Shown in pieces: positions 32,119 through 35,526 of a DNA stretch of 35,526 nt; the stretch's first letter is position 1; the number at the start of each line of letters is the position of its first letter. Below the pieces are notes generated by a model. The model was not told where the DNA came from. It made no database searches and saw only the letters and a program-made list of their open reading frames with translations. This DNA comes from Actinomycetota bacterium. GTDB taxonomy: Bacteria; Actinomycetota; UBA4738; HRBIN12. The position numbers were made by a program, and so were the translations under genes. The stretch spans positions 1 to 35,526 of the forward strand of contig JBKOZW010000024.1 in the NCBI GenBank assembly GCA_046726095.1, given 5' to 3'.

Positions 32119-34509
32119 ATGCGCATCGCCTTCGTTTCCACGTATCCCCCCCGGCGCTGCGGGATCGCCACGTTCACGTCGGACCTGATCCACGCGATCA
32201 AGCAGGCGGACCCCACCACGCGGGCCCGGATCGCGGCGATCGACGAGCGGAACGCGGTGCGGGCCTACGGCTCTGAGGTCCGCTGGCGGATCCGCCAGGG
32301 CAGCCCGCTCCCGTACCGGGCCGCGGCGCGGGAGATCGACCGGTCCAACGCCGACGTCGTCTGCGTCCAGCATGAGTTCGGGCTGTACGGCCTCTGGAAG
32401 GGCGGAGGCTGGGTCGGCGACCACTGGATCGAGGGCACCTACGAGGACCACCTGGCTCCGTTCCTGGACGAGCTCGAGAAGCCTGCCCTGGTCACGCTGC
32501 ACACGGTCCTGCCGGAACCGTCGCCCGCGATCCGCGACGCCGTCCGCGCGATCGCCGAGACCGCGCACGGCCTGACCGTGATGGCCGAGACCGCGGTCGA
32601 CATCCTCCGTGACGTCTACGGGATCGCCGAACGCCCGACCGTGATCCCGCACGGGATGCCCCACATCGAGCCGCGGGGGCGCCGCCGGCTCAAAGCCAAG
32701 CTCGGACTCGATCACCGACTCATCGTCTCGACCTTCGGTCTGGTCGGCCCCGGCAAGGGGTTGGAGTACGTGATCGAGGCGATGCCCGCGGTCGTCGCGC
32801 GGCACCCGGACGCGCTCTACCTGATCGCCGGGCAGACGCACCCGGAACTGCTGAAGCAGCGCGGTGAGGAGTACCGGAACAAGCTCACGGCCCTGGTCGA
32901 GGAGTTGGATCTCACCGATCACGTGCTGTTCGTGAACCAGTACCTCGAACAGAAGGACATCATCGAGTACCTGCTGGCGACGGACGTCTACGTCACCCCG
33001 TACCTCGACCCGAACCAGATCACGAGCGGAACGCTCTCCTACGCGCTCGGAGCGGGGAAGGCGGTGGTGTCCACGCCGTACCTGCACGCGAAGGAGGCGC
33101 TCGCGGACGACCGCGGGCTCCTGGTCGATTTCCGCGCGGCCGATCAGTTCGCCGAGGCGATCAACCGGATCCTGGACGATCCCAAGCTGAAGACACGGCT
33201 CGAGAAGAACGCCTACCGGTACGCGAACCAGGCGACGTGGCCCAAGACCGGACAGCGGTTCCTCGACGTGATGCAAGAGCTCGTCGCGGATCACCCGCCG
33301 ACCCCGAAGGATCGGCGTCGCGAGAAGCCGCTGCACGTCGCCCATCGCGTCGCGATGGGTCCCTTGATCCGGCCGGGCGACGTCGAGCCGCAGCCCGGCT
33401 TCGAAGTCATCTCCACGATCAACCCGGGCGTCGCGACCATGGACGACGAGACCCTGCTCCTGGTCCGCGTCACCGAGCGGCCTCGGCCCGACATCGAGCC
33501 GGGAACCGACGCGCGCATGGTCGACCTGTCGGGCCACGAGCCGCGGCTCGTGCCCCTCCCGAGCGGCCTGCGGCCGGAACAACTGATCGGGATGGCGTTC
33601 TTCGATCACCGGCGGGAACCGCCGCAGGTCGTGATCGGCTACGTCCCCCGGGACTTGCCCGGGCTGGATCTGTCCGATCCACGCACGATCCGGTACCGGA
33701 ACACGGCGGGCGGGTTCACGATGGGCCAGGCGGAGTTCACCGACTACCTGGCGCACATCTCGCACCTCCGGGTCGCGCGGAGCAAAGACGGCCAGCGGTT
33801 CACGATCGATCCCGAGCCCACGATCGTCTCGGCGAACACGCTGGAGGAGTACGGGATCGAGGATCCCCGGATCACGCGGATCGGCGACGTGTTCCACATC
33901 ACCTACGTCGCGGTGAGCCGGCTCGGGATCACGACGGCGCGGATGACGACGAAGGACTTCCGCACCTTCGAGCGGCACGGAACGATCATGCATCCGGACC
34001 AGAAGGACGTCGTGCTCTTCCCGGAGCAGGTAGGCGGCTCACACCTGGCGTTCACGCGACCGATGCCGGGCTCCTTCGGCCGGGTGCTGGGGATCTGGAT
34101 CGCCGAGAGCGACGACCTCGTGCATTGGGGAAGGCACCGGCCGGTGGCGCAGCCGCGGGCCGGGATGTGGGATGAGATGAGGATCGGCGCGTCGCTCGTG
34201 CCGATCCGCACCGACGGCGGCTGGCTCGAGATCTACCACGGCGCCGACCGCGACAACCGCTACGGGATGGGAGCCCTGCTGTTGGATGCGGGCGACCCGA
34301 CCAAGGTGCTCGCTCGGACGGACCGCCCGCTCATGGTGCCCGAGACCGACTACGAGGTCGATGGATTCCTGCACGACGTCGTCTTCCCGACGGGACACGT
34401 CGAGCTGGGAGACGGGGACATCCGCGTCTTCTACGGCGCCGCGGACACGTCGGTGTGCGCCGCCGACCTGTCGATCGACGACGTGCTCGACGCGCTCGAT
34501 CCCGTCTAG
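32119..34509 (+). CDS. Bifunctional-looking fusion: GT4 glycosyltransferase (about aa 1-385) plus a GH130-family glycoside phosphorylase/hydrolase-like beta-propeller (about aa 400-796)
   Basis: N-terminal half: MRIAFVSTYPPRRCGIATFTSDL, FGLVGPGKGLEY, VTPYLDPNQITSGTLSYALGAGKAVVSTP (the GT4 E-x7-E region). C-terminal half: EEYGIEDPRITRIGDVFHITYVAVS, HPDQKDVVLFPE, WLEIYHGAD, RVFYGAADTSVC, which are GH130 (PF04041) hallmarks. A single uninterrupted ORF. Confidence 0.8.
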   Translation: MRIAFVSTYPPRRCGIATFTSDLIHAIKQADPTTRARIAAIDERNAVRAYGSEVRWRIRQGSPLPYRAAAREIDRSNADVVCVQHEFGLYGLWKGGGWVGDHWIEGTYEDHLAPFLDELEKPALVTLHTVLPEPSPAIRDAVRAIAETAHGLTVMAETAVDILRDVYGIAERPTVIPHGMPHIEPRGRRRLKAKLGLDHRLIVSTFGLVGPGKGLEYVIEAMPAVVARHPDALYLIAGQTHPELLKQRGEEYRNKLTALVEELDLTDHVLFVNQYLEQKDIIEYLLATDVYVTPYLDPNQITSGTLSYALGAGKAVVSTPYLHAKEALADDRGLLVDFRAADQFAEAINRILDDPKLKTRLEKNAYRYANQATWPKTGQRFLDVMQELVADHPPTPKDRRREKPLHVAHRVAMGPLIRPGDVEPQPGFEVISTINPGVATMDDETLLLVRVTERPRPDIEPGTDARMVDLSGHEPRLVPLPSGLRPEQLIGMAFFDHRREPPQVVIGYVPRDLPGLDLSDPRTIRYRNTAGGFTMGQAEFTDYLAHISHLRVARSKDGQRFTIDPEPTIVSANTLEEYGIEDPRITRIGDVFHITYVAVSRLGITTARMTTKDFRTFERHGTIMHPDQKDVVLFPEQVGGSHLAFTRPMPGSFGRVLGIWIAESDDLVHWGRHRPVAQPRAGMWDEMRIGASLVPIRTDGGWLEIYHGADRDNRYGMGALLLDAGDPTKVLARTDRPLMVPETDYEVDGFLHDVVFPTGHVELGDGDIRVFYGAADTSVCAADLSIDDVLDALDPV

Positions 34510-34544
34510 TCGTTCGTCGCCCGTTCCTGTCAGACTCCGCTGCC

Positions 34545-35526
34545 ATGCTGCGCCAGCTCGCCCGGCTCACCCGTCCGCTGCCCGCCGCCGGGGACGAGGC
34601 CCTCGCGGTCGCCGTCTACGCGGGCACGGACGACCAACCGACGACCGCCAAGGAGTCGGGGCTCGAGGGTGTCGCGTGCGTCGACGACGCCGCGCGGCTG
34701 CTCGACGTGCTCTGCGACGTGTGGACCCGCTCGAAGCAGCCCTGGGCCGAGCGCTGGGCCCGAGGGCTGCTCGACTTCTGCCTGTGGATGCAGGAGCCCG
34801 ACGGGCGGTGGATCAACTTCGTCTACGACTGGGACGGGACGCGCAACGAGAGCGGGATCACGTCGGCGACCGGAGAGAGCTTCTGGCACGCGCGCGCGCT
34901 CGTCGGCGTGAGCCACGCTTGGCTCACGTTCGCCGACGAGCGCGCGCGGGAGGCGGTGCTCGCGGGGTTGGATCACGCCGTCGCCAAGCCGGCGCCCCCG
35001 GACGTCCGCGCGCTCCACATCCTTACGGCACGCCGCCTGATCGCCGACGCCGGGATCAAGGGCCTCCGGGCGCCGATGCGCGATTGGACGCAGGAGCTGG
35101 CCGAGTGCCGAGACGACGGCGTGTTGAAGAACTCGCCGCAAGAGATCGGCCCTCCCCACTTGTGGGCCCATATCCAAGAAGGTGTGCTGGCCTGGTCCTC
35201 CGAGCTGCTCGAGGACCGAGCGCTCCTCGACGTCGCGGCGAGGAGCGCCGAGCTGCTGATGGTCCCCGCGGTCCGCTCCTCCTTCGACGCGGAGAGCACG
35301 ACGCCCTACGACGTGGCCAGTTGCGTGTACTCCTTGGACCGGCTCCACGAGGCGACGGGGGGCGGACATTGGGCGGATCTGGCCGCCGACGGGCGGGCGT
35401 GGTTCGACGGGCGGAACGCGGCCGCGGGGGCGGGCGTAACCCCGCGCCCGCGCCCGCGCGCGGGCGGGGTCCACCACCCCAAGGTCAGCCACAAAACCGG
35501 CGCCGGAGCGCACAAGCGCAACCCGG
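34545..35526 (+). CDS. Hypothetical protein, partial (open to the window end); possibly a helical-repeat/toroid protein linked to the GT4-GH130 gene
   Basis: Own translation from ATG 34545: MLRQLARLTRPLPAAGDEALAVAVYAGTDDQPTTAKESGLEGVACVDDAARLLDVLCDVW...PDGRWINFVYDWDG...ESFWHARALVGVSHAW...PPHLWAHIQEGVLAWSS...YDVASCVYSLDRLHEATGG. It is coding-like up to about 35425 and low-complexity afterwards. It is absent from the ORF track because it has no stop. The minus ORF 34530..35513 is its shadow. Confidence 0.6.
   Translation, partial: MLRQLARLTRPLPAAGDEALAVAVYAGTDDQPTTAKESGLEGVACVDDAARLLDVLCDVWTRSKQPWAERWARGLLDFCLWMQEPDGRWINFVYDWDGTRNESGITSATGESFWHARALVGVSHAWLTFADERAREAVLAGLDHAVAKPAPPDVRALHILTARRLIADAGIKGLRAPMRDWTQELAECRDDGVLKNSPQEIGPPHLWAHIQEGVLAWSSELLEDRALLDVAARSAELLMVPAVRSSFDAESTTPYDVASCVYSLDRLHEATGGGHWADLAADGRAWFDGRNAAAGAGVTPRPRPRAGGVHHPKVSHKTGAGAHKRNP

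Noticed and set aside
1-35526. CRISPR arrays, tandem repeats, IS elements, rRNA genes or additional tRNAs
   Set aside because: Scanning for regularly spaced direct repeats, terminal inverted repeats with transposase-like ORFs, and T-loop-like GGTTCRAATCC motifs gave only the single tRNA-Ala. The only long similar sequences are the diverged GT-C paralogs.

Overview
High-GC (by eye roughly 70%) chromosomal segment with an Actinomycetota-like gene order. I support 38 protein-coding genes (two run off the window edges and are missing from the ORF track) and one tRNA-Ala(CGC). I saw no rRNA, CRISPR array, transposase, integrase or phage genes. Most long R/P/G-rich ORFs in the track are antisense or off-frame shadows of the real genes, as expected at this GC content. 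Gene content, left to right: (1) a partial DAP-decarboxylase-like gene, a small membrane protein and a 650-nt gap holding an SD-led mini-ORF and hairpins; (2) an ECF sigma factor translationally coupled to a 600-aa single-pass membrane protein; (3) a minus-strand run galU, moeA, moaC, a GlpR/SepX-like membrane protein, a translin-family protein and tRNA-Ala, placed divergently from an FmdB/Ruc-like zinc-ribbon gene and mtnP, which resembles the conserved actinobacterial galU-moeA(glp)-glpR neighbourhood; (4) a SAF/CpaB-like protein, uppP, pmbA and tldD; (5) an envelope-glycan-looking cluster comprising a large polytopic membrane protein with an apparent frameshift, two diverged paralogous MptB/DUF2029-like GT-C glycosyltransferases, an acyltransferase-3, a DMT transporter and small membrane proteins; (6) two soluble ABC ATPases (ABC-F plus a COG1119-like single NBD) joined by a GTGA overlap; (7) rlmN, an APH-family kinase, an AlkA-like glycosylase, an HD hydrolase and a tryptophanase-like lyase; (8) a LipJ-like alpha/beta-hydrolase-cyclase convergent with a stand-alone cNMP-binding protein; (9) a GT4-GH130 fusion protein followed by a partial unknown gene. 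I found no obvious defence or mobile system. The most unusual items are the GT4-GH130 fusion, the putative Glp/GlpR module with an attached bacterial translin, the GT-C paralog cluster with a frameshifted member, and a pervasive leaderless start architecture (TANNNT 6-8 nt before the start codon), which includes a duplicated 22-nt intergenic cassette. All functional calls rest on motif and family recognition from translated sequence only. No database search was possible.
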